Source: an uncultured candidate division Zixibacteria bacterium
GTDB lineage: Bacteria > Zixibacteria > MSB-5A5 > GN15 > FEB-12
NCBI GenBank assembly: GCA_963735035.1
Contig: CAVTJJ010000003.1
Coordinates: 896,001-960,000, forward strand
DNA: 64,000 bases
Reading direction: 5' to 3'
The notes below the pieces were generated by a model. It saw nothing but the letters and a program-made list of their open reading frames with translations. It was not told the DNA's origin and ran no database searches. Positions within the stretch are counted from its first letter, which is position 1. Every line of letters starts with the position of its first letter. This document shows, piece by piece, positions 1 through 9,885 of this stretch. The position numbers and the translations under genes are program-made.

Positions 1-1
1 G

Positions 2-1933
2 TCCGGATTCAGCCTCAACCAGCTTAGTATCGTGGGATTCGTGATTGCGCTGGGCTTGTTGGTCGATGACTCCATCGTGGTGGTCGAGAACATCTCCCGA
101 TTCATCCGAAAAGGACACAACCGCAAAGAGGCGGCTATTCTGGCAACCCGCCAGATCGGTGTGGCCGTGCTGGGTTGTACTGCCACACTTCTCTTCGCCT
201 TCCTCCCGTTGCTCTTTCTGCCCGGAACGCCCGGCAATTATATCCGCAGCTTGCCGGCCTCGGTGCTTTACACAATCGGAGCCTCCCTCTTCATTTCGCT
301 TACGATCATACCGTTCCTGGCCAGTTTTCTCCTTAAGAAAGAGGAGCGCGAGGAAGGCAACCGGGTGCTGCGCGGACTGAACTGGGTGCTGGAACGCTCC
401 TACCGCCGTCTGCTCCACTGGTCGATTGCACATCCGAAGTACACGGTGTCCATCGCCGCGGTCTTGTTTCTCGCGAGTCTGTCGCTGATTCCGGTGGTTG
501 GATTCAGTCTGTTTCCCAAAGCGGGCATTCCTCAGTTCCTGGTCACTATAGAAGCTCCAGAGGGAAGCTCGGTGCTGGAAGTTGATCGCGCGGCTCGTTT
601 CGTAGAAGGTACTCTGATCGGCCAACCCGGTATTCGCGATGTTTACACCAATGTCGGCCGGGGAAATCCGCAGGTCTATTACAACCGGTTGAGTCTGGGC
701 GAAAAGGCCAATGTCGGCGAACTGTTCGTACTCATCGATGAATACGACGCCAAGAAGACCCCGCGCTATCTGGATAGTCTCCGTCAGGTGTTCAGCGGCT
801 ATCCCGAGGCCAAGATACAGGTCATAGAGTTTGCCAACGGTGACGCCATCGACACCCCTATCGCACTGAGGATTGTCGGCGACAATCTCGACACCCTCGC
901 GATGCTGGCTTCGCAGGTCGAACAGGTTATGACCACCGCAGAAGGAACGAGATCGGTCAAGAACCCGACTCTATCTCCTCGGACGGATATTCGTGTCCTC
1001 ATCGATCGTGACAAGGTCGGACTGCTTGGTATGCCGCTGATCGACATCCAGCGCCAGGTACGACTGGCTGTGGCCGGCCTGGCAGTTGGGCAATATCGGG
1101 ATAAGGACGGCGACGACTATGACATCGTCCTTGGCCTCCCCCGCGACAAGAGACCGTCGCTCGAAGTTCTTGACAAGATCTACGTCGGTTCGTCCCTGAG
1201 CGGCTATGTGCCCCTGCGTCAGATTGCCTCAACTGAATTTCAGACTTCACCGACCAAGATCGATCACTACAAACTGAAACGGTCGGTCACGGTGAGCGCC
1301 GATGTGAAAACCGGCTACAACACCGACCGCTTGACCAAACAGATACTGGCAACCTTACAGCAGATGCGTGTTCCAGCGGGATATCAACTTATCCCCGCGG
1401 GCGAAATTGAAATGCGCGAAAAGAGTTTCGGCGGCTTCGGTTCGGCGATCTTGATTGCCGCCTTCGGAATGCTAGTCGTCTTGGTTCTCGAATTCAAGAC
1501 GTTCAAGGGCACCCTGATTGTCGCCTCGGTCATACCGCTGGGGATAGTAGGCGGTATCGTCGCGCTGCTCTTGAGTGGCGAAACCCTGTCATTTGTTTCC
1601 ATGATCGGATTCATCGCCCTGATGGGCATTGAAGTCAAGAACTCGATCCTGCTAGTTGACTTTACCAATCAACTTCGTGAAAAGGGCATGAGTGTCGACG
1701 ATGCGATTCAGCAGGCCGGCGAAATTAGATTCGTGCCGATTCTTCTGACCACCCTGACGGCTATCGGCGGTCTCTTGCCGCTGGTAATCGAAGGCGCTCC
1801 GCTCTATGCGCCACTGGCACTGGTCATCATCGGTGGTCTTATCAGCTCGACCTTCCTGGCCCGGTTGGTGACACCGGTTATGTACAAGCTGCTGGCACCG
1901 GAGATCGTCGTCGCGGAGGTGTCGGCATCATGA
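2..1933 (+). CDS. RND efflux permease, AcrB/CusA-like (5' partial)
   Basis: The frame is open from position 2 (SGFSLNQLSIVGFVIALGLLVDDSIVVVEN, TM4 motif). C-terminal motifs GIEVKNSILLVD and RFVPILLTTLT are present. Confidence 0.95.
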   Translation, partial: SGFSLNQLSIVGFVIALGLLVDDSIVVVENISRFIRKGHNRKEAAILATRQIGVAVLGCTATLLFAFLPLLFLPGTPGNYIRSLPASVLYTIGASLFISLTIIPFLASFLLKKEEREEGNRVLRGLNWVLERSYRRLLHWSIAHPKYTVSIAAVLFLASLSLIPVVGFSLFPKAGIPQFLVTIEAPEGSSVLEVDRAARFVEGTLIGQPGIRDVYTNVGRGNPQVYYNRLSLGEKANVGELFVLIDEYDAKKTPRYLDSLRQVFSGYPEAKIQVIEFANGDAIDTPIALRIVGDNLDTLAMLASQVEQVMTTAEGTRSVKNPTLSPRTDIRVLIDRDKVGLLGMPLIDIQRQVRLAVAGLAVGQYRDKDGDDYDIVLGLPRDKRPSLEVLDKIYVGSSLSGYVPLRQIASTEFQTSPTKIDHYKLKRSVTVSADVKTGYNTDRLTKQILATLQQMRVPAGYQLIPAGEIEMREKSFGGFGSAILIAAFGMLVVLVLEFKTFKGTLIVASVIPLGIVGGIVALLLSGETLSFVSMIGFIALMGIEVKNSILLVDFTNQLREKGMSVDDAIQQAGEIRFVPILLTTLTAIGGLLPLVIEGAPLYAPLALVIIGGLISSTFLARLVTPVMYKLLAPEIVVAEVSAS

Positions 1934-1981
1934 TAGCAGGCAATCGTAACAGGCCGTATCGTTTACGGCAGGAGAACTAAT

Positions 1982-2764
1982 ATGGCTACCGCACTCGTAA
2001 CCGGAGCTTCCAGCGGGATTGGATATGAACTGGCCCAGCTTTTCGCCGCCGATCAGCACGGTCTGATTCTGGTGGCCAGGCGTGGTGAGCAGTTGAATAA
2101 GTTGGCCGATACTCTTCGCGAATGGTATCAGGTCAAAGTAGATGTGATCGAAATGGATCTCTCCCGACAGTACGCCGCACAGTTTCTCTTTGACGAAGTG
2201 ACCAAACGTGGGCTTGAGGTCGATTTTCTCGTCAACAACGCCGGTTTCGGCGACTATGGTTTGTTCCACAAGCGCGAGTGGTCACGGACAGAACAGATGA
2301 TTATGCTCAACGCCATGACCCTGACTCATCTGACCCATCTGTTTGTCAAGCCGATGGTATTGCGGCGGCGCGGGCGGATCATGAATGTCGCCTCAATCGC
2401 CGGTTTTCAGCCCTGCCCGACCGGCGCCGTGTATGCCGCCACCAAGGCGTACGTTCTCTCGTTCACCGAGGCACTGCATCATGAGCTCCATGGAACGAAC
2501 GTTTCCGCTACGGCTCTCTGCCCCGGTCCCACGAACACCGGTTTTCAGAATGCTGCCGATATGGAGGGAGTGGCACTTTTCAAGGGCAAGGGTGTGATGT
2601 CGAGTGCAGACGTGGCGGCCGCGGGATATCGCGCCATGATGCGAGGCAAGATGACCGTGGTTCCCGGCCTGATGAACAAACTGCTGGTACAGGGGCCGCG
2701 TTTCTCGCCCCGAACCATGACTCCGAGAGTGTCCCGATTTGTCATGCGCCGGGCCACGGACTGA
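1982..2764 (+). CDS. Short-chain dehydrogenase/reductase
   Basis: TGASSGIG, NNAG and YAATK motifs; GGAG RBS. Confidence 0.95.
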   Translation: MATALVTGASSGIGYELAQLFAADQHGLILVARRGEQLNKLADTLREWYQVKVDVIEMDLSRQYAAQFLFDEVTKRGLEVDFLVNNAGFGDYGLFHKREWSRTEQMIMLNAMTLTHLTHLFVKPMVLRRRGRIMNVASIAGFQPCPTGAVYAATKAYVLSFTEALHHELHGTNVSATALCPGPTNTGFQNAADMEGVALFKGKGVMSSADVAAAGYRAMMRGKMTVVPGLMNKLLVQGPRFSPRTMTPRVSRFVMRRATD

Positions 2765-2837
2765 GCGTCAAGTTTGGCTTTGATGCCGGACTCTCAGCTC
2801 ATGGTGCGATGTTTGAATTAATCCCCCTGGTCAGGAG

Positions 2838-3010
2838 GTGTTGAAGAAGCCCGTCTAATTGTCATTGCGAGCGGAGATGGCCCGCCGTGAGGCGGGTCAG
2901 CGTAGCGTGGCAATCTCAAGCTCGTTATAACCGTGTTATTTGAGATCGCGAGTCTCGCTCGCGAAACGCGGTCGAGACTCGCGATGACGGGGATGGTACT
3001 TGTTCAACAC
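2838..3010. repeat. MITE/REP-like nested palindromic element between convergent genes
   Basis: Outer IR GTGTTGAAGAAG (2838-2849) / CTTGTTCAACAC (2999-3010). Inner IR GTCATTGCGAG (2861) / CTCGCGATGAC (2978-2988). Hairpin CCCGCC-GTGA-GGCGGG (2881-2896) and a 13-bp stem at 2945-2957/2973-2985. Confidence 0.7.
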
Positions 3011-3033
3011 TCCCGTCGGTCTGGGGATTGGTT

Positions 3034-6000
3034 TCAGGAACACGAAGGCACTTCGACCTTCCGGTCCAGTTCTTTTCTTACCGCGAGCGCGAGGGTCCGT
3101 CGGCTAAGAGGTTTCTTGACGAAAGCCCCGGCGCCTAATTTCTGAGCTTCGGTCACCCTCCCCGACTCCGAGAACCCCGACACGATGATCGCCTTCTGAT
3201 CAGGCCTGATCTGGAGCGCGCGGCGGTAAGTCTCCGTGCCGCAGATATCGCTTGGCATGATCATATCGAGTAGTAGCAGGTCGAACGTTGAGTGCGCGAG
3301 CAATTCCACGGCCTTCTTGCCACTGTCGCAGACCGTGACCTCATATCCCAGCGTGGAAAGCAGCCTTGACGAAACTTCGCACTGTATCTCGTCATCGTCC
3401 ACCACCAGGATCGATTCCGTCCCGCGAGGGATTTCATCGGACGGTCTTTCGCTCACGGCCGCGCGAGTGACGGGGAAGTACAGATAGAACGACGTGCCCA
3501 CGCCTACGGTCGTCGTGAGATCGATGAACCCGTTGTGGTCCTTCACGACGGCATCGACCACGCTCAAACCCAGACCCGATCCGCGTTTCTTATCGGTCGA
3601 TTTGGTAGTAAAGAACGGGTCAAATATCTTCTGCATGATCTCGTCCGGTATGCCGCAACCGGAATCGATTACGGTCAGTTTGATATATTCCCCTCGCGGG
3701 ATGCGGCCATACATCACGGTGGTATCATCGATAAATGAGTTTTCCGTCCTGACAGATACCCGGCCGATGTCGCGAACGGCATCGCGGGCATTCATCACAA
3801 GGTTCATTACGACTCGATGCAACTGGGCAATGCCCCCCTCGATATTCATCAGTTTGGGGCAGAGATCGGATTCGATAACCAGGGTGCTCGGCGGCGACGC
3901 CATATCACGAAGCACCTGCTGAATGATGTCATTGAGGTTCAGCACTTCCTGATTGTAGTGTCCCCTCCGACTGAGAGTCAGGAGTTGTTGATTGAGGTCG
4001 GCTATTCTCTTGGCTGATTCCTCGATCGCCTCCAGATACTTCCGGCTTGGGTCGCCCACAGGAAGTTGTTCCCTGATCAATTCCGGATAAGCCATCATAG
4101 GCGCCAACATGTTGTTAAAGTCGTGGGCTACCTGGCCGGCAATCTGACCGGCGGTCTCAAGTCGAAGGGCGCGCGACTCGAGTTCCTGCAGGCGTTTCGT
4201 CTCAGAAATGTCGATTATCGCGCCCGATGCGCCACAATAGTTGCCCTGTTCATCGAATCTCGGTGAAATCGACGCCAGAACAGTCTTGCGGTTGTTTCTC
4301 GCTGTAACGATATCGATTTCGTATTGGCTGTTCAGTCCTTGCTTACGTAATTCTGTTTGAGCGAGAACCTTGTTCTGCAACTGTTGTGGAACAAAGTCCA
4401 GGAGCGACCTGCCTATCAGGTCTTCCTGTGTGCCTGCCTCAAAAATATCGGCGTAAGCCTGGTTGCAGTATTCTATGACTTCGTTCTTGTCGACAACCCC
4501 CAGCCCTTCCAGAGTCGAGTTGAACAATTTGTGATACCGATTCTCCGACTCTCGCAGCGCCTCTTCGGCGTGCTTCCGCTCCGTTATATCAAGGACCGTA
4601 CCCAGCGAGAACATAGGGTTGCCGGCCTCATCGTATTGAGTTTCGCAACGCTCGTGGACGAATTTCACGGTGCCGTCCTTCATCAGCAGGCGATGGACAA
4701 TGTCGTAAGGTTCTCTACTCTTGAGTGAATCGGTGTACGCCTGATTTACCAACGTCCGGTCTTCGGGATGAATAGTATTCAGAAACGCCTCGTACGACGC
4801 GGCAAATTCCTGAGGGTCAATATCGAAGATACGGAACACCTCTGCAGACCAGTCCAGCCAGTTAGCCGTCAGGTCGAGTCTCCAGTGACCGAGATGGGCG
4901 ATGCGTTGCGCCTCGGCATGAGTTGCCTCACTCTCGCGGAGCGCCTCGGCCGACCGTTTGCGCTCGGTGATGTCGAAGACAATCCCGTTAAAGATGACTT
5001 CACTCTCGCGACGCAAATGTCGGGACTGAGCCGAAAACCAGATGGTTTCCCCGGTGGGTTTTTGCAGAATTCCTTCAAAGTTCCAATCGGTACATTCGGA
5101 TATCGCCTTCCCTATTGAAGTCAGGAAACTCTCACGGTATGCGGGATGAACGAGGGCCGTGAATCGTTCGAAGAACCCATCCAATTCTGGTTTCAGGCCG
5201 ACGATCTGTTCTGATTTGTCGCTTATGTAGTAGAACCCGTGTTCGCCGTTGGGTCGCGCATAGAACTGATAGACCGCGCCTGGCACCTGGGAGGCCAATT
5301 CGAAGAGTCGGGCCTCGCTTTCGCGGAGCGCCTCCTCGGCTCGCTTGCGTTCGGTGATGTCGCGAGAGTAACCAGTGGTGCCGATGACATTTCCTTGTTC
5401 GTTTACCACGGGTGTCTTAAACGTCTCAAACCACTTTGGCCGACCCTGATCCTGAACTATCTCTTCAACTATCTTGCTCGCTCTTGCTTCCATGACTTCG
5501 GAATCATCGCGTCGGTATTTGTAGGCGAGTTCCCTGGGCCAGATATCAAGGTCTGTCAGGCCAACCAACTTCTTGGGGTGCTCTAGTCCGCAAGCAAGGG
5601 CAAACGCTTTATTGACGGCCTGGAAGCGGCCGTCCGCGTCTTTGAGCCACATCAATCCGGGTTGATTTTCGATAATAGAGGTCAAGTAGGATTCCCTTAA
5701 TTTGACCTTTTGTTCCGCCCGTATGCGGTCGGTGATGTCCAGATATGATCCCAGCACACCAACGATCGCACCGCCGGCATCCCGAAGCGGGAGCTTGCTC
5801 GTCAGAAGGTGTAGCTGCTCACCCGAGGGCGTTGTCTGCGGCTCCTCGAATAGAAGCCTGGCCTCCCCGCTTTCAATCACGGCGCGATCGTCAGCCTGGT
5901 AAAGGTCGGCCTGTTCCCGCCAGCCCATGTCACTGTCATCGCGTCCGATTATATCCTCGGGCTTCTCAAATCCTGCATCTCGCGCAAAGGACGTGTTGCA

Positions 6001-8370
6001 ACCCAGAAATACCGAATTCTTGTCCTTCCAGAACACTCGCACCGGCAAGGAATTGAAAACCGAATGAAGAACCTCGCGCGATTCCCATAATTCTTCCTCT
6101 GCCAGTTTGCGACGGGTGATATCTACCAGTGTGCTCTGCATGCCGACAACCACGCCGTTCGAATCGGTGAGCGGTCGCGAGTTATTCAACACCGTAACGA
6201 CTTTGCCGTCTTTGCGTACCAGACGGTGTTCGTAATTGACGATGCGATCTCCGGACAGTAATTGCTGATGCGCGGGCAGAACAACTCCGGCGTCGGCATC
6301 TACGTCGGGAATGCTCATGCTCAGTAGCTGTTCTCTTGAATAACCCAGGAGTTCCAACCCCGCCTGATTGGAATCTATGAACTTCTTCTCTTTGTTGAAG
6401 ATGTAGATGGCGGCGATGGACTCATCGAATATGCCACGATATTTGTCTCCCTGCTCTCTGAGCCGTGACTCCATCTCTTTGCGCTCTGTGATGTCCTTAT
6501 CTACTCCGCGGTACCCTTTGAGATTTCCCTCGTCGTCCAATATTGGTACGCCGCTTGTTAGAAGACAAATTCTCCTGCCGTCCATGGCAATATTCCAGTT
6601 TTCCAGATCCCGTATGGGCGCCTTCCTTGCGACTATTTCGGCGAAAATCTGTGCGACTCTCTGAGCTTCGTCTTGAGGCATGAAGTCGAATGGTGTCTTT
6701 CCGATAATTTCTTCGCGGGATCGTCCGAGAATGTCAATGGACTGTTGAGAGCTATAAGTGTAGACGCCATTCTCGTCTACTTCCCACACCCAGTCGGCCA
6801 TACTGAACGTGATGTCTCTCAAGCGTTCTTCACTCTTCCGCAGCGCCTCTTCCGACTGTTTGCGCTCGGTTATGTCCCAGAGGACCCCGTTCATTCTCCT
6901 GGGTGAACCATCTTCGCTGTACAGAGTCATTCCTCTGCCGTTCATATAATGAATCGTGCCGTCGGGCCAGACACAGCGGTATTCAACATCGTACAGGGTT
7001 TTCCGCTCAATGGAGCTATAGAGCGCCGTCGTGATTCTTTCCCGATCATCCGGATGCACTACCCGGTAGAATTCTTCACTCGTACCCTTGAACTCGTGAG
7101 GATCGAGCCCCAGCAGAAGGCAAGTTTGGTCGTCAAAGCCGCGCTTGTTTCCTTCGAGATCAATATACCATACACCCATATTGGCAGACTTCAAGGCCAG
7201 GTCCAGGCGGGCCTGATTCTCCCGAAGCGCTTCCTCAACTCTCTTGCGCTTGGTGATATCCTTGAAGACGCAATGGGTCTGCTTGAACGAGCCGTCGTCG
7301 TCGTAACTGATTCGGCCGTCGAAAGCTACGATGATTTCCGTGCCGTCCTTCTTGATCATCTCGAATTCGATACCAAGAATCTGTCCCAGGCTCTTGAATT
7401 TCGGAAAGTTCTCTTTGAAGACCTTCCGGAAATCCGGGTGGAGGAACTCGCCGAAGTTTCGGCCCAGCACTTCTTCCTTGGTATATCCAAGCGCCTTGCA
7501 CCAAGCTTCGTTGACGGCTATGAAATTGCCGTTCTCATCGAGTGATTGATAACCCAGGGGGGCATTTTCGAAGAGCTGTCGGAAACGATCCTCGCTCGCG
7601 ATGAGCGCATCCTCGGCTAGTCGCCGCTTTTGTTCGCGGCCCCGAACGCTACGGGCGCCGATAACCAGGAAGGCAAGCCCTAACAGCCACAACACCCCAT
7701 GGCCGAGGCCGATCGCAGCCATATCTTCCTGCGCAATTGCCTCGAAACGGGACATCGGCATCGAAACACTGATTCCGCCGCGCACGTCCCCTTCTTTGTA
7801 GCCTTGCTTGGCATGGCATTTAAGACATTCTTGTTCCGTTACCAACGGTCGCATGAGCCGCAAGTACTCCTGGCCATCCAGTTTCTCGACCGTGGCGAAT
7901 TCCGTCTCACCCCGCTCGAACGACTCCAATGCTCTCTTCTCCCACGTGTCCGCTGCATTCTCAGGCCGAAGCGGCTTGAGGCTCGTGATGTGACCTCGCA
8001 CTCCGTCGACTAACAAGCCAAGCTCGTGTACTTGGCGCGTCATGTAGGACGGATTGACGAGCGTCAGGTGTAGCCCGGACGGTGTCTCGATGTCGCGCCC
8101 TGCTACATCAACCAGATATGGATTGGGTTGACAAGAATCGGATACGGGAACATAGACGCCCCCAAGACTGGCGTTCCAGCGGCGATAGAGAACATCCATT
8201 GCAATCTGGTCACGGGCCGCTTCACTGGCCGAAGAGATCTGAGTATCTTTTTCGCTGATGCAATTCCACGCCATGGAAGCGGCGACCATCAGCGTCCAAC
8301 CTACTGCCAGTATCACCGCATATCTTGCCACAGCCGAAGGCTGATTGCGGTCTTTGGAGATTTTGTTCAT
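3034..8370 (-). CDS. Hybrid sensor histidine kinase: periplasmic DUF3365-like heme c domain, about 9 PAS domains, HisKA, HATPase, receiver
   Basis: Two TM segments flank a CLKCH motif. Repeated DITERK..EEALRESE linkers, H-box VAHDFNN, FDPFFTTK/GSGLGL and a C-terminal REC (LLDMIMP). Confidence 0.95.
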   Translation of the reverse strand: MNKISKDRNQPSAVARYAVILAVGWTLMVAASMAWNCISEKDTQISSASEAARDQIAMDVLYRRWNASLGGVYVPVSDSCQPNPYLVDVAGRDIETPSGLHLTLVNPSYMTRQVHELGLLVDGVRGHITSLKPLRPENAADTWEKRALESFERGETEFATVEKLDGQEYLRLMRPLVTEQECLKCHAKQGYKEGDVRGGISVSMPMSRFEAIAQEDMAAIGLGHGVLWLLGLAFLVIGARSVRGREQKRRLAEDALIASEDRFRQLFENAPLGYQSLDENGNFIAVNEAWCKALGYTKEEVLGRNFGEFLHPDFRKVFKENFPKFKSLGQILGIEFEMIKKDGTEIIVAFDGRISYDDDGSFKQTHCVFKDITKRKRVEEALRENQARLDLALKSANMGVWYIDLEGNKRGFDDQTCLLLGLDPHEFKGTSEEFYRVVHPDDRERITTALYSSIERKTLYDVEYRCVWPDGTIHYMNGRGMTLYSEDGSPRRMNGVLWDITERKQSEEALRKSEERLRDITFSMADWVWEVDENGVYTYSSQQSIDILGRSREEIIGKTPFDFMPQDEAQRVAQIFAEIVARKAPIRDLENWNIAMDGRRICLLTSGVPILDDEGNLKGYRGVDKDITERKEMESRLREQGDKYRGIFDESIAAIYIFNKEKKFIDSNQAGLELLGYSREQLLSMSIPDVDADAGVVLPAHQQLLSGDRIVNYEHRLVRKDGKVVTVLNNSRPLTDSNGVVVGMQSTLVDITRRKLAEEELWESREVLHSVFNSLPVRVFWKDKNSVFLGCNTSFARDAGFEKPEDIIGRDDSDMGWREQADLYQADDRAVIESGEARLLFEEPQTTPSGEQLHLLTSKLPLRDAGGAIVGVLGSYLDITDRIRAEQKVKLRESYLTSIIENQPGLMWLKDADGRFQAVNKAFALACGLEHPKKLVGLTDLDIWPRELAYKYRRDDSEVMEARASKIVEEIVQDQGRPKWFETFKTPVVNEQGNVIGTTGYSRDITERKRAEEALRESEARLFELASQVPGAVYQFYARPNGEHGFYYISDKSEQIVGLKPELDGFFERFTALVHPAYRESFLTSIGKAISECTDWNFEGILQKPTGETIWFSAQSRHLRRESEVIFNGIVFDITERKRSAEALRESEATHAEAQRIAHLGHWRLDLTANWLDWSAEVFRIFDIDPQEFAASYEAFLNTIHPEDRTLVNQAYTDSLKSREPYDIVHRLLMKDGTVKFVHERCETQYDEAGNPMFSLGTVLDITERKHAEEALRESENRYHKLFNSTLEGLGVVDKNEVIEYCNQAYADIFEAGTQEDLIGRSLLDFVPQQLQNKVLAQTELRKQGLNSQYEIDIVTARNNRKTVLASISPRFDEQGNYCGASGAIIDISETKRLQELESRALRLETAGQIAGQVAHDFNNMLAPMMAYPELIREQLPVGDPSRKYLEAIEESAKRIADLNQQLLTLSRRGHYNQEVLNLNDIIQQVLRDMASPPSTLVIESDLCPKLMNIEGGIAQLHRVVMNLVMNARDAVRDIGRVSVRTENSFIDDTTVMYGRIPRGEYIKLTVIDSGCGIPDEIMQKIFDPFFTTKSTDKKRGSGLGLSVVDAVVKDHNGFIDLTTTVGVGTSFYLYFPVTRAAVSERPSDEIPRGTESILVVDDDEIQCEVSSRLLSTLGYEVTVCDSGKKAVELLAHSTFDLLLLDMIMPSDICGTETYRRALQIRPDQKAIIVSGFSESGRVTEAQKLGAGAFVKKPLSRRTLALAVRKELDRKVEVPSCS

Positions 8371-8777
8371 ATCAACAGATTGGCCTTCTCAGGGCTCCTC
8401 AGATTTGGAGCCATTAAGCGTACTAGTTCAGCATTGTCACTGGTTCGCAATCGAACATATTCGATCTTCGTTGTTTTCTTCGATCGCAAACGAAGACAGC
8501 CATGCACCAGGCAAGGAACTACCGTTCCAGTTCTAGTCGGCAGATTGTGCAAAAATGTTACAGGTGGAGGCTGTGACCTGAGGGGCAGAAAGGCCCAACA
8601 TAAAGGTATGCAAAGAGTTAACGCCAGCCCCCGATCATGCCCGGATGATAGCAAAACCTGACAGCTCTGATCCGATGAAGACCTATATAATGTAGGGCTA
8701 TTTGAAAGACCGCGGGACGGGTGAACCTAAGGGTCCAAACAATACTATGTAGAGAGCCTTCTTACTGCAAATCACCA

Positions 8778-9560
8778 CTATTTGAAGTGAAGTGAGATAG
8801 TCGTGTTGAGGCCGTTCTTGGAGGGCTCCAGGGACATGGTTACTCGCTCAGTCTGATTACGCCGGCTTACTACCTCATAGGCAATAAGATTACCCAGAGC
8901 CGCCCCGGCGACTACATCGCTGATATAGTGCTTGTTCTCCTGTAGTCGCGAGAGACCGACATAGGCCGCCCCGCTCTCGGCTATGATCCCCGGAATGACT
9001 CCGTATCGGTCGGCGATCACTCCGGCAGTCGTGAAGGCCATGGTAGCGTGGCCGGACGGGAACGAATAGGGGGCGCCGTCCGGGCGGGTTCTCTGAGTTG
9101 CCAATTTAAGGCCGGTCGAGATGGTTCCGGCGATTACCAATCCGCTGGTGAGGTCCGACCCCAGCGCAGCCAGACCCCGTCTATGAAACACCTTCCCCGC
9201 CATGTACAGCGACAGAGCACCCGCAAGGTGGACACCTCCATTTCCAAGGAAATTGCCGTATTCGAAGATCCGGTCGGCACCGGCATTGCCGACCCAGCTG
9301 CGATAAGGCCGATTCGTTTCATTGAAACTCCACGCATGTGTCATCGCCAATAGCATAACGGCGTCGATCGTAAAAGTATGAGTACCGACATACGAACAGT
9401 TCTTAAGGAGATCGGCCAGCAGGTGCGGGTTTGCATGCTCGTCAGGTCCTGTCGACGCCTGCGCGTTTCCTCCCGTAAACATTATCAAGATTACCGCAAC
9501 AAGGCAGCAAGTGACCAGTATGACGATTATGTCTGATCGATTGGTTCTTCTGTTATTCAA
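8778..9560 (-). CDS. PAP2-family phosphatase
   Basis: K..TQRTRP, SFPSGH and SRLQENKHYISDV motifs. The TTG start is uncertain. Confidence 0.85.
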   Translation of the reverse strand: MNNRRTNRSDIIVILVTCCLVAVILIMFTGGNAQASTGPDEHANPHLLADLLKNCSYVGTHTFTIDAVMLLAMTHAWSFNETNRPYRSWVGNAGADRIFEYGNFLGNGGVHLAGALSLYMAGKVFHRRGLAALGSDLTSGLVIAGTISTGLKLATQRTRPDGAPYSFPSGHATMAFTTAGVIADRYGVIPGIIAESGAAYVGLSRLQENKHYISDVVAGAALGNLIAYEVVSRRNQTERVTMSLEPSKNGLNTTISLHFK

Positions 9561-9885
9561 AATGGCCTTTCAATTGGTCGTATTCTCCGGCCTCGATCTA
9601 CCGGCGACTCCCCCGATGACAGCGTTGTGACAGTCCCCTCGCTGTGCCGTGGCCTTCACGACGGCTGTCGAAATCATATGAGGTACGAATGCGCTGCACA
9701 ACATTACGCCCTTAACTCCTATCTGAAACACTATGATCATGTCGGATTGTTCCGTGGCGTTTGCTGACAAGATGCCGACAAAATCGACCCTCCGGCCCTA
9801 TCTCGCTGCCGCCACAGAAACTATTTGCTACCCTGGCGATACAACTACTGTATAATGCTGTAATCATGGCAAGGACTGCCCGCTG

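Noticed and set aside
8535..8562. TGTAAC-N15-GCCGACT upstream of the PAS kinase
   Set aside because: The second box does not match GGCACT. It could belong to another ECF sigma but is unsupported.
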